From Dickeya dadantii NCPPB 898 (lineage in GTDB: Bacteria > Pseudomonadota > Gammaproteobacteria > Enterobacterales > Enterobacteriaceae), in assembly GCF_000406145.1 (NCBI RefSeq), contig NZ_CM001976.1, forward strand, positions 4,393,075-4,425,074: DNA of 32,000 nucleotides, written 5' to 3'. Shown piece after piece: positions 8,256 to 18,664 of the stretch (position 1 is the first letter of the stretch; every line of letters begins with the position of its first letter). The notes beneath the pieces are model-generated. The model had not been told where the DNA came from and searched no databases. It saw only the letters and a program-made list of their open reading frames with translations. Both the position numbers and the translations under genes were made by a program.

Positions 8256-8356
8256 TATAACCGCGCCTAATAATTCCAGTTTCAGCGAAACGGCGACTGG
8301 AAATATGGCGGGAATAAAAGCGGAAACCACGCTCTGAAAATACCGCATGACTTTAA

Positions 8357-8382
8357 TTTTATCGCACCACTTTTATCGCACC
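8357..8382 (+). repeat. direct repeat TTTTATCGCACC x2 (14-bp period) abutting the SD of the small ORF
   Basis: Copies at 8357-8368 and 8371-8382 are identical. GGGGA and the ATG (8392) follow immediately. This is a possible regulator binding site. Confidence 0.5.
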
Positions 8383-8391
8383 GGGGAAAAT

Positions 8392-8700
8392 ATGTATATA
8401 CCAGCAGAGGCGACACTCAGAGACGTCATCGATTCATTGCTTAGCGAGTTGACTATCATCAACTATCTTTGTTTGGCCGCCAGCATGAACCAGTATGTGC
8501 GTAAGCAGAACATACGGACGCTAAACTCGCAGGAATTCCGTTTCCTGACCACCCGGCTGAAACGTATAAAAATCGACGTAAACCAACTGTCTGAGCTGAA
8601 TGATGACGACAAGGCGCATCTGCGCAAAGCATGTCATGACATTATCCAGTTCATCGAAGACCGCCAGCCAGAGCGTTCTTCCACCGCCGTTACCGGTTAA
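8392..8700 (+). CDS. hypothetical small protein (102 aa, predicted helical, no recognisable family)
   Basis: The ATG at 8392 is preceded by GGGGAAAAT (the track ORF starts at 8347). The sequence MYIPAEATLRDVIDSLLSELTIINYL...KAHLRKACHDIIQFIEDRQ has heptad-like hydrophobic spacing. Coding status is inferred only from ORF length, SD and position after the EAL gene. Confidence 0.45.
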   Translation: MYIPAEATLRDVIDSLLSELTIINYLCLAASMNQYVRKQNIRTLNSQEFRFLTTRLKRIKIDVNQLSELNDDDKAHLRKACHDIIQFIEDRQPERSSTAVTG

Positions 8701-8749
8701 TGGCGGCACGCTAACCAACAACGAAGGCGCGCGCCGTACCGGTTCACCG

Positions 8750-9070
8750 TCATCCCGCCGCGACATCCTGCGGAAAACGTGTTTGCCAGGCGTCGAAACC
8801 GCCATCCACGCTGTATACGGCTTCAAAACCAAGGCTTAACAGGTAATTCGCCGCGTTGCGGCTGCTGATGCCGTGATAGCACATCACCATCACCGGCTGC
8901 TCAAAATCGGCGCCGCGTACAAAATCCGCCAGGGTTTCGTTGGTCAGATGGGTCGAGCCGGGCACATGTGCGGCGCCGAAGCTCTGCGGATCGCGAATAT
9001 CCACCAGCACATTGCCTTGCTGCCAGCGCTGATACGCCTGTTCAATATCGATTGCCTCGAACTGCTCCAT
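8750..9070 (-). CDS. glpE: thiosulfate sulfurtransferase (single-domain rhodanese) GlpE
   Basis: 106 aa from the ATG at 9070 ([14 protein letters not shown]...), matching the length and sequence of E. coli GlpE. The active-site loop is CYHGISS. The track ORF extends to 9151, but the extra 27 residues have no counterpart in GlpE, and GAGG precedes the 9070 ATG. Confidence 0.9.
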   Translation of the reverse strand: MEQFEAIDIEQAYQRWQQGNVLVDIRDPQSFGAAHVPGSTHLTNETLADFVRGADFEQPVMVMCYHGISSRNAANYLLSLGFEAVYSVDGGFDAWQTRFPQDVAAG

Positions 9071-9330
9071 TGCCTGCCTCATGTTTCTTAATGAATGGTG
9101 GTTATTATCGAATGGTGTGCCTTGCACTGCATTGCGCGCATTGTAACCCACTCACCGCGCCGATAGACCGGATAAACCACAGGGATATAGGGGATTACAG
9201 GCCAAACATCACCGGGAAAACCCCGTTCCAGCCGTACCAAAGCGGTTATCTTTAAGTAAATCAGGCGCGAAACTGTTAGCTGCATCACGCGTAAATGTTT
9301 TTAATTGGTTAACGCTTGGCTAACATGTTT

Positions 9331-9458
9331 GTTTTCGATTAATATCGTGAGCGAAAACGAACATTATGGCTTTTGGCGAAAGTGTTGCTTTTGGCAAACA
9401 AAAATGTGGCTTTGGGCAAAATTGTCGCTTTTAACGAATATGACTGCTTTTGACGTGG
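9331..9458. promoter_or_regulatory. glpE/glpD divergent control region with GlpR-operator-like repeats
   Basis: AACGAACATT (9357-9366) matches the published GlpR half-site AWCGAACATW. It is followed by five tandem units with core GCTTT(T/G)(G/A)(G/A)C(G/A), starting at 9369, 9387, 9409, 9427 and 9446 (18-22 bp period). The array ends at the glpD SD, GGAGGAG. Confidence 0.6.
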
Positions 9459-9471
9459 CGGAGGAGAAAAC

Positions 9472-10971
9472 GTGGAAACCAAAGATCTGATCGTGATCGG
9501 CGGAGGCATTAACGGTACCGGCATAGCGGCGGATGCCGCCGGGCGCGGACTGTCCGTTCTGTTGCTGGAAGCGCAGGATTTGGCCTGCGCCACCTCTTCC
9601 GCCAGCTCAAAACTGATTCATGGCGGCCTGCGCTACCTGGAACACTATGAGTTCCGGCTGGTGGGGGAAGCGCTGTCCGAACGCGAAGTACTGCTGAAAA
9701 TGGCGCCGCACATCATTTTTCCGATGCGTTTTCGCCTGCCGCACCAGCCGCATCTGCGTCCGGCCTGGATGATTCGCGCCGGTTTGTTCATGTACGACCA
9801 TCTGGGCAAACGCGTCAGCCTGCCGCCCAGCCACGGGCTGCGATTCGGCCGCGAATCGGTGCTGAAACCAGAACTGACGCGCGGTTTCGAATATTCCGAC
9901 TGCTGGGTGGACGATGCCCGCCTGGTGGTGCTGAACGCGCAGGAAGTGGTGCGCCGCGGCGGCGAGGTGAAAACGCGCATGACCGTCACCCGCGCCCGCC
10001 GCGAAAACGGCCTGTGGGTGGTGGAAGCCGAAGATGCCCTGAGCGGCGAGACCCATCGCTGGCAGGCGAAAGGGCTGGTCAACGCCACCGGCCCGTGGGT
10101 ACGCCAGTTCTTTGACGACAGTCTGGCGCTGCCGTCGCCGTACGGCATCCGGCTGATCAAAGGCAGCCATATCGTGGTTCCGCGCGTGCATCAGGAAGAG
10201 CAGGCCTACATTCTGCAGAATAAAGACCACCGCATCGTGTTTGTGATTCCGTGGCAGGATGAGTTTTCCATCATCGGCACCACCGATGTGGAGTACCACG
10301 GCGATCCGCATCAGGTGAAGATTGACGACAACGAAATTCGTTATCTGCTGGACGTATACAACGATCACTTCAAAAAACAGCTGACGCGCGACGACATTGT
10401 CTGGACCTACTCAGGCGTGCGCCCGCTGTGCGACGACGAATCGGATTCGCCGCAGGCCATCACCCGCGATTATACGCTGTCGGTGGCGGATGAAAGCGGT
10501 AAAGCGCCGCTGCTGTCGGTGTTCGGCGGCAAGCTGACCACCTACCGGAAACTGGCGGAACACGCCATGGATAAGCTGGCGAAGTACTACCCGCAAGCGG
10601 GCCAGGCCTGGACCAACCGCGCCATCCTGCCCGGCGGCGATATCAGCGGCAGCCGCGAAGATTACGCCGCAACCTTGCGCCGCCGCTACAACCTGCCGGA
10701 AGCGCTGGCGCGTCGCTACAGCCGCACTTACGGCACCCAGAGCGAGAAAATACTCGGTAACGCGCAGGCGCTGAGCGATCTGGGTGAACATTTCGGCCAT
10801 AACCTGTACGAAGCCGAGTTACGTTATCTGGTAGAACATGAGTGGGTTGTCACGCTGGCAGACGCTATCTGGCGCCGCACCAAGCTCGGCATGTGGCTGG
10901 ACGACGCCCAGCAGCAGCGTATTAGTGAATGGCTGGCGGACTACCGCAGCCAGTTAGCCAAGGCCGGTTAA
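9472..10971 (+). CDS. glpD: aerobic sn-glycerol-3-phosphate dehydrogenase
   Basis: 499 aa with a GTG start after GGAGGAG. METKDLIVIGGGINGTGIAADAAGRGLSVLLLEAQDLACATSSASSKLIHGGLRYLEHYEF is essentially identical to E. coli GlpD (FAD GxGxxG fold). Confidence 0.97.
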   Translation: METKDLIVIGGGINGTGIAADAAGRGLSVLLLEAQDLACATSSASSKLIHGGLRYLEHYEFRLVGEALSEREVLLKMAPHIIFPMRFRLPHQPHLRPAWMIRAGLFMYDHLGKRVSLPPSHGLRFGRESVLKPELTRGFEYSDCWVDDARLVVLNAQEVVRRGGEVKTRMTVTRARRENGLWVVEAEDALSGETHRWQAKGLVNATGPWVRQFFDDSLALPSPYGIRLIKGSHIVVPRVHQEEQAYILQNKDHRIVFVIPWQDEFSIIGTTDVEYHGDPHQVKIDDNEIRYLLDVYNDHFKKQLTRDDIVWTYSGVRPLCDDESDSPQAITRDYTLSVADESGKAPLLSVFGGKLTTYRKLAEHAMDKLAKYYPQAGQAWTNRAILPGGDISGSREDYAATLRRRYNLPEALARRYSRTYGTQSEKILGNAQALSDLGEHFGHNLYEAELRYLVEHEWVVTLADAIWRRTKLGMWLDDAQQQRISEWLADYRSQLAKAG

Positions 10972-11001
10972 TACTCAAAGTTGGTTAATAGGCTTCCGTG
11001 A

Positions 11002-11043
11002 GGCTTCCGTAGCTAGGAAGCCGCAGCTACGATGTCGTTTTTT
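11002..11043 (+). terminator. candidate rho-independent terminator of glpD (two mutually exclusive hairpins, then T6)
   Basis: One hairpin is GGCTTCC-N7-GGAAGCC (11002-11022); the alternative is CGTAGCT-N10-AGCTACG (11008-11031). TTTTTT follows at 11038-11043. Confidence 0.5.
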
Positions 11044-11126
11044 CACTAGCGATTCATGTCAGAACAGTGAAAAATTTCGTGCTTGATAACATCGGTTATT
11101 CCTTTGCAGCATCATCGCACGCACGA

Positions 11127-11157
11127 CAAGGAGAGGCTCAAACGCCGCCTCTCCTTG
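11127..11157. other. 11-bp perfect stem-loop in the glpD-glgP spacer
   Basis: CAAGGAGAGGC-N9-GCCTCTCCTTG. It lies about 255 nt past the glgP stop on the minus strand, and neither side has a clear U-tract. Confidence 0.4.
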
Positions 11158-11413
11158 ACCACTGGCTGAAGGCTAAACTGCGCCGCTGCCGCGGTCCCTT
11201 CGGCGTTCGCCTTCGTTATTCGGGCCGCCCGTGACGCGTTCCAGACGCGGCACGGGCTTTCGCCGCGTCCATGCGGCTCACCCGACGAAGTCGCCCACCT
11301 CAGCGCAGTTTTGACGCCAGAAAGCCCTGTCGTGTTGAACCGATTAGCCCCCGGTCTGATGGCCCTGTAAGGGAAGCATTTCACGATATTCCCCCATTAC
11401 ACAGTCAGCTCAA

Positions 11414-13861
11414 CTACAACCGTATCGGCTTGATATGCCAGATATCGTCGGCGTATTCCTGAATGGTGCGATCGGCGGAGAAATAACCCATGTTGGCGAT
11501 GTTGTGCAAAGTACGGCGCGTCCATTCGTCCTCGTCGCGGTACACGTCGTCCACCTTGTCATGGCTATCCACATAACTGCGGTAATCCGCCAGCAACTGG
11601 TAGTGATCGCCAAAGTTGACCAGCGAGTCGAACAGATCGGCATAACGGCGCGGATCGTCCGGGCTGAACACGCCGGTGGCGATCTGCGTCAACACCCGAT
11701 GCAACTCCTCGTCCTGATTGTAAAATTCACGCGGGTTGTAACCGTTGCGCCGCAGCTCTTCCACCTGCTCCGTGGTGTTGCCGAAAATGAAGATATTCTC
11801 TTCCCCCACCCGTTCGCGCATTTCGACGTTGGCGCCGTCCAGCGTGCCGATGGTCAGCGCGCCGTTCAGGGCAAACTTCATGTTGCTGGTACCGGAAGCC
11901 TCGGTGCCCGCCAGCGAAATCTGTTCCGACAGGTCGGCCGCCGGAATGATGATTTGCGCCAGGCTGACGCCGTAGTTGGGGATGAAAACGATCTTCAGTT
12001 TGTCTTTCACCTCCGGATCGTTGTTCACCACGCTGGCCACATCGTTGATCAGGTGAATGATGTGCTTGGCCATGTAGTAAGCGGATGCCGCCTTGCCGGC
12101 AAAGATGGCGACGCGCGGCACGCGATCCAGCTCCGGGTCATCCTTGATACGGTTATAAAGCGTAATCAGGTGCAGCACGTTGAGCAGTTGGCGTTTGTAC
12201 TCGTGGATACGCTTGATCTGTACATCAAACAGCGCGTTGGGGTCGACCACAATGTCCAGATGCTGCGCGATGTAGATAGCCAGCCGCTTTTTGTTTTCCT
12301 GTTTAGCCTTGCGCACTTTCTGCAGGAAGACCGGAAAATCAATGTGCGGCTTCAGATCCGCCAGTTGGCTCAGATCGGTACGCCAGGTTTTGCCGATGGT
12401 GTCATCCAGCACTTTCGACAGCGACGGGTTCGCCAGCGCCAGCCAACGCCGCGGCGTCACGCCGTTGGTTTTGTTGCAGAAACGGTCCGGGTAAATGCGG
12501 GCGAAATCAGCAAACAGCGACTGTACCATCAGGTCGGTATGCAACTGGGACACCCCGTTCACCCGATGACTGCAGATCACCGCCAGCCACGCCATGCGCA
12601 CTTTGCGCCCGTGATCTTCATCAATGATGGATACCCGTTTGAGCAGGTCGTGCTCATTGGGAAAACGCTCCTGCACCTCTTCCAGGAAGCGATCGTTGAT
12701 TTCGAAGATCAGTTGCAGATGGCGCGGTAGAATTTTGCCCATCATGTCAACCGGCCAGGTTTCCAGCGCCTCACCCATCAGGGTGTGGTTGGTGTAGGAG
12801 AACACCTTGGTGACCACTCCCCAGGCGGCGTCCCACTTGAACTTATGCTCGTCGATCAACAGGCGCATCAGTTCCGGAATCGCCAGCACCGGGTGGGTAT
12901 CGTTGAGGTGGATAGCGAATTTTTCCGCCAGATTGGCGTAGGTTTTGTGCATCATCCAATGGCGGCTGAGGATATCCTGCACCGTAGCGGACACCAGAAA
13001 GTATTCCTGACGCAAACGCAGCTCACGGCCGGAATAGGTGGAGTCATCGGGATACAGCACGCGCGACACGTTCTCGGAGTGGTTTTTGTCTTCCACCGCC
13101 GCGAAATAGTCGCCCTGATTAAATTTACCGAGGTTGATTTCGTTACTGGCCTGCGCCGCCCACAGCCGCAGGGTGTTGGTGGCATCGGTATCAAAGCCGG
13201 GGATGATTTGATCGTAGGCGCAGGCAATGATCTCCTCGGTTTCCAGCCAGCGGGTTTTACTGCCTTCCTGCTGAATACGGCCGCCAAAACGCACTTTGTA
13301 GCGGGTGCTGTGGCGGACGAATTCCCACGGATTACCGTATTCCAGCCAGTAATCCGGCGACTCCGCCTGCCTGCCGTCGACGATGTTCTGCCGGAACATC
13401 CCGTACTCGTAACGGATGCCATAACCGCGCCCCGGTAGCGCCATGGTGGCGAGCGAGTCGAGGAAGCAGGCCGCCAGCCGTCCAAGGCCGCCGTTGCCCA
13501 ACGCCGGGTCGTCCTCTTCTTCCAGCAGTTCGTTCAGATCGAGGCCCATCGCTTCCAGCGCGTCCCTCAGATCGTCAAACATGCCCATCGCCAGCAGCGC
13601 GTTGGACAGCGTGCGTCCCAGCAAGAATTCCATCGACAGGTAGTAAACCTGCCGGACATCCTGCGATAACTGCGCGCGGTTAGAGCGCAGCCAGCGCTCG
13701 ACCATGCGATCCCGCACGGCCAGCACCGCGGCATTCAACCAGTCATGTTTACTGGCGATGCTGGGATCCTTGCCGACGGTAAACATCAGCTTGTAAGCGA
13801 TGGAGTGTTTCAGCGCGTCTACGCTAAGCGTAGGTGAGTTGTAGATAAATGGAGAGTTCAT
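11414..13861 (-). CDS. glgP: glycogen phosphorylase
   Basis: 815 aa, the same length as E. coli GlgP and collinear with it. Shared blocks include [55 protein letters not shown] and the C-terminal IWHIKPIRL. Confidence 0.97.
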   Translation of the reverse strand: MNSPFIYNSPTLSVDALKHSIAYKLMFTVGKDPSIASKHDWLNAAVLAVRDRMVERWLRSNRAQLSQDVRQVYYLSMEFLLGRTLSNALLAMGMFDDLRDALEAMGLDLNELLEEEDDPALGNGGLGRLAACFLDSLATMALPGRGYGIRYEYGMFRQNIVDGRQAESPDYWLEYGNPWEFVRHSTRYKVRFGGRIQQEGSKTRWLETEEIIACAYDQIIPGFDTDATNTLRLWAAQASNEINLGKFNQGDYFAAVEDKNHSENVSRVLYPDDSTYSGRELRLRQEYFLVSATVQDILSRHWMMHKTYANLAEKFAIHLNDTHPVLAIPELMRLLIDEHKFKWDAAWGVVTKVFSYTNHTLMGEALETWPVDMMGKILPRHLQLIFEINDRFLEEVQERFPNEHDLLKRVSIIDEDHGRKVRMAWLAVICSHRVNGVSQLHTDLMVQSLFADFARIYPDRFCNKTNGVTPRRWLALANPSLSKVLDDTIGKTWRTDLSQLADLKPHIDFPVFLQKVRKAKQENKKRLAIYIAQHLDIVVDPNALFDVQIKRIHEYKRQLLNVLHLITLYNRIKDDPELDRVPRVAIFAGKAASAYYMAKHIIHLINDVASVVNNDPEVKDKLKIVFIPNYGVSLAQIIIPAADLSEQISLAGTEASGTSNMKFALNGALTIGTLDGANVEMRERVGEENIFIFGNTTEQVEELRRNGYNPREFYNQDEELHRVLTQIATGVFSPDDPRRYADLFDSLVNFGDHYQLLADYRSYVDSHDKVDDVYRDEDEWTRRTLHNIANMGYFSADRTIQEYADDIWHIKPIRL

Positions 13862-13883
13862 ATGTCATTCCCACTGATGCGTA

Positions 13884-15317
13884 CTACCACAGACGTTGAT
13901 AAAGCGCACGATAGGCCTGGGCAGCAACCTGCCAACTAAAATCCATTGCCATTGCCTGACGCTGTACATAACGCCAGAGCGAAGGGCGCGACCACAACAC
14001 AAAGACCCGACGAATCGCCCGAGACAGCGACGCTGTATTGCAATCGCTGAACACAAAACCGCTCGCCAGGCCATCAGCCAGATTTTCCAGCGAGCAATCT
14101 GCCACTGTATCCGCCAGCCCGCCGGTGCGCCTGACCAGCGGTAACGTGCCGTATTTCAGGCCGTACAGCTGGGTCAAACCGCAGGGTTCGAACCGACTAG
14201 GAACCATAATCACATCCGCGCCGCCAATAATGCGGTGCGAGAACGCTTCGTGATAACCGATCTGCACGCCGACGCGGCCGTGATACTCCGCCGCCGCCGC
14301 CAGAAAGCCTTCCTGCAGGGTGGCGTCGCCAGCTCCCAGCACCACCAGTTGCCCGCCCTGCTCCAGCAAATCCGGCACCGCCTGCAACGCGATATCCAGC
14401 CCCTTCTGGCTGGTAAGACGGCTGACGATGGCGAACACCGGCACCCGGTCATCCACCTTCAGCCCCATCGCCGTTTGCAGATGCCGTTTGTTATCCGCCT
14501 TGCGCGCCAGCTCATCGCGGCTGTAGGTAGCGGTCAGCAGCGAATCGTGCGCCGGGTTCCAGATATCGTCATCCACGCCGTTGAGGATGCCGGACAGACG
14601 ACCGGCGTCTTCCCGCGACTTCAGCAACCCCTCCAGGCCGTAGCCGTATTCAGGCTGGGTGATCTCATGCGCATAAGTCGGGCTGACGGTGGTGATGTGA
14701 TCCGCATAGTACAGCCCGGCCTTGAGGTACGAGATCTGGCCGTAGAACTCCAACCCGTACATGCTGAAGTACTCCGGCGGCAACCGCAGCTCCGATATGT
14801 GACGGGCATCAAATAATCCCTGATAAGCCAGATTATGGACGGTAAATACCGATTTTGCCGGTCGGCCTTTCGCCGCCAGGTAAGCGCAGGCCAACCCGGC
14901 GTGCCAATCGTGAGCGTGCACGATGTCCGGCCGCCAGAACGGATCGACGCCGCTGGCCATTTCCGCCCCCATCCAGCCCAGCAGAGCGAAGCGCAAAAAA
15001 TTATCCGAATAAGCAAACAATGAGGTGTCGTGATACGGGCTGCCCGCCCGTTCATACAGGTGAGGGACATCGATCAGATAGATGCCCACGCCGTTGTAAT
15101 GACCATAACGCAGCGTGACGCGACCGCCAAACGTATCCAGTTCCCGCACCACTTGCGCATCCGGGATGCCTTTTTTCAGGTCGGGGAACGCCGGCAGCAG
15201 CACCCGCACATCCATTCCCGCGGCGATCTGCGCGCCGGGCAATGCCCCCACCACATCCGCCAGTCCCCCGGTTTTCAGCAGGGGGAACAGCTCTGAACAC
15301 ACATGTAATACCCGCAT
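13884..15317 (-). CDS. glgA: glycogen synthase (ADP-glucose type)
   Basis: 477 aa. Matches include [27 protein letters not shown] (the KTGGL motif), [32 protein letters not shown] and the same length as E. coli GlgA. Confidence 0.97.
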   Translation of the reverse strand: MRVLHVCSELFPLLKTGGLADVVGALPGAQIAAGMDVRVLLPAFPDLKKGIPDAQVVRELDTFGGRVTLRYGHYNGVGIYLIDVPHLYERAGSPYHDTSLFAYSDNFLRFALLGWMGAEMASGVDPFWRPDIVHAHDWHAGLACAYLAAKGRPAKSVFTVHNLAYQGLFDARHISELRLPPEYFSMYGLEFYGQISYLKAGLYYADHITTVSPTYAHEITQPEYGYGLEGLLKSREDAGRLSGILNGVDDDIWNPAHDSLLTATYSRDELARKADNKRHLQTAMGLKVDDRVPVFAIVSRLTSQKGLDIALQAVPDLLEQGGQLVVLGAGDATLQEGFLAAAAEYHGRVGVQIGYHEAFSHRIIGGADVIMVPSRFEPCGLTQLYGLKYGTLPLVRRTGGLADTVADCSLENLADGLASGFVFSDCNTASLSRAIRRVFVLWSRPSLWRYVQRQAMAMDFSWQVAAQAYRALYQRLW

Positions 15318-15393
15318 CTTGTCTCCCGTTCAGCCGCCTCGCCTCAGGCGCGGCGACATCAATCCCCCGGCCGCTCTCGACCGGGCATCGCGG

Positions 15394-16680
15394 CTAAGGT
15401 TTGAGTTTGGCCAGCATGGCGCGCGTCACCAGCACGATGCCTTCTTCGGAACGATAAAAGCGGCGGCTATCGTCCTCGGCGTTCTCGCCGATCACCATGC
15501 CTTCCGGAATCTCGCAGGCGCGATCGACAATGCAGCGATGCAGACGGCATGAGCGCCCTACGTTGACATCCGGCAACAGTACCGACGAATCGATGCTGCA
15601 AAAGGAGTTGATGCGCACCCGCGGGAACAGCACCGAGTGCGTCACCACCGAGCCGGAGACAATGCTCCCGCCGGATACCAGCGAGTTCATGGTCAGCCCG
15701 TGGCTGCCGGAGCGGTCCTGCACGAATTTGGCGGGCGGTAACGCCGCCATCGCCGAACGAATCGGCCAGTTATGGTCGTACATGTCCAGCTCCGGCATCA
15801 CCGACGCCAGGTCGAGATTGGCGCGCCAGTAAGCCTCCAGCGTTCCCACATCCCGCCAGTAAGGCGGCGCGTTGTCCGAAGAGGTGACACAGGAGAGCGT
15901 AAAGGGGTGCGCCCAGGCATGCCCCTGCGCCACGATTTTCGGGATCAGATCTTTGCCGAAATCGTGGCTGGAGTCCGAAGTGCACACGTCTTCTTCCAGC
16001 CGCCGATAGAGATAGTCGGCGTTGAACACGTAGATCCCCATGCTGGCCAGCGCCATGTCCGGGTTATCCGGCATCGGCGTCGGCTTGGCCGGTTTTTCAT
16101 CGAAACTGATAATCCGGTTGTCTTTATCCACGCTCATCACGCCAAACGCGTGCGCTTCCTTGATGGGAACCGGGATACAGGCCACCGAGCACTCGGCGCC
16201 GTTCTCCACGTGGTCCAGCAACATGCGGGAATAATCCATCTTGTAGATGTGGTCGCCGGCCAGAATCACCACGTACTCCGCCCGATAGCGCCGGATAATA
16301 TCCAGGTTGTGGCACACGGCGTCGGCGGTGCCGCGATACCAGTGATCGTTTTCATCGTGCCGTTGCTGCGCCGGCAGTAAATCGACGAATTCGTTCATTT
16401 CGGTATTCAGGAACGACCAGCCGCGCTGGATGTGCTGTACCAGCGTGTGCGACTGATACTGGGTGATGACGCCAATCCGCCGGATGCCGGAGTTCAGGCA
16501 GTTGGAAAGGGCAAAATCGATAATCCGGTACTTACCGCCAAAATGTACGGCCGGCTTGGCGCGGTATGCGGTCAAATCTTTCAGTCGGGTGCCACGCCCG
16601 CCCGCCAGAATCAGCGCGACGGACTTCAGGGGCAATTGTCTGGCCAGCATCAGAGGATCGTGTTTGTCAGTACTCACCAT
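15394..16680 (-). CDS. glgC: glucose-1-phosphate adenylyltransferase
   Basis: 428 aa. [41 protein letters not shown] and [12 protein letters not shown] match E. coli GlgC. An AAGGAG SD lies in the 13-nt gap after glgX. Confidence 0.97.
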   Translation of the reverse strand: MVSTDKHDPLMLARQLPLKSVALILAGGRGTRLKDLTAYRAKPAVHFGGKYRIIDFALSNCLNSGIRRIGVITQYQSHTLVQHIQRGWSFLNTEMNEFVDLLPAQQRHDENDHWYRGTADAVCHNLDIIRRYRAEYVVILAGDHIYKMDYSRMLLDHVENGAECSVACIPVPIKEAHAFGVMSVDKDNRIISFDEKPAKPTPMPDNPDMALASMGIYVFNADYLYRRLEEDVCTSDSSHDFGKDLIPKIVAQGHAWAHPFTLSCVTSSDNAPPYWRDVGTLEAYWRANLDLASVMPELDMYDHNWPIRSAMAALPPAKFVQDRSGSHGLTMNSLVSGGSIVSGSVVTHSVLFPRVRINSFCSIDSSVLLPDVNVGRSCRLHRCIVDRACEIPEGMVIGENAEDDSRRFYRSEEGIVLVTRAMLAKLKP

Positions 16681-16693
16681 GTCAGGCTCCTTA

Positions 16694-18663
<1,970 letters not shown>

Positions 18664-18664
<1 letters not shown>

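Noticed and set aside
8721-8740. Self-complementary GGCGCGCGCC between the convergent small ORF and glpE, considered as a terminator.
   Set aside because: A 10-nt self-complementary string leaves no loop, and there are no flanking U-tracts. It is more likely chance in GC-rich DNA.
8750-9151. Longer 133-aa version of glpE.
   Set aside because: The extra 27 residues have no equivalent in E. coli GlpE (108 aa). The internal ATG at 9070 has a GAGG SD and restores the conserved MxQFExI start.
9341-9366. Possible CRP site in the glpD promoter (CGTGAgcgaaaACGAAC).
   Set aside because: It matches only about half of TGTGA-N6-TCACA and overlaps the GlpR-like half-site, so it cannot be distinguished from operator sequence by eye.
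11112-11462. ORFs of 90 aa (-) and 63 aa (+) in the glpD-glgP spacer.
   Set aside because: They lack an SD and have Arg/Pro/Ala-rich low-complexity translations. They overlap hairpin and repeat-like DNA and, for the + ORF, the glgP 3' end. I treat them as non-coding.
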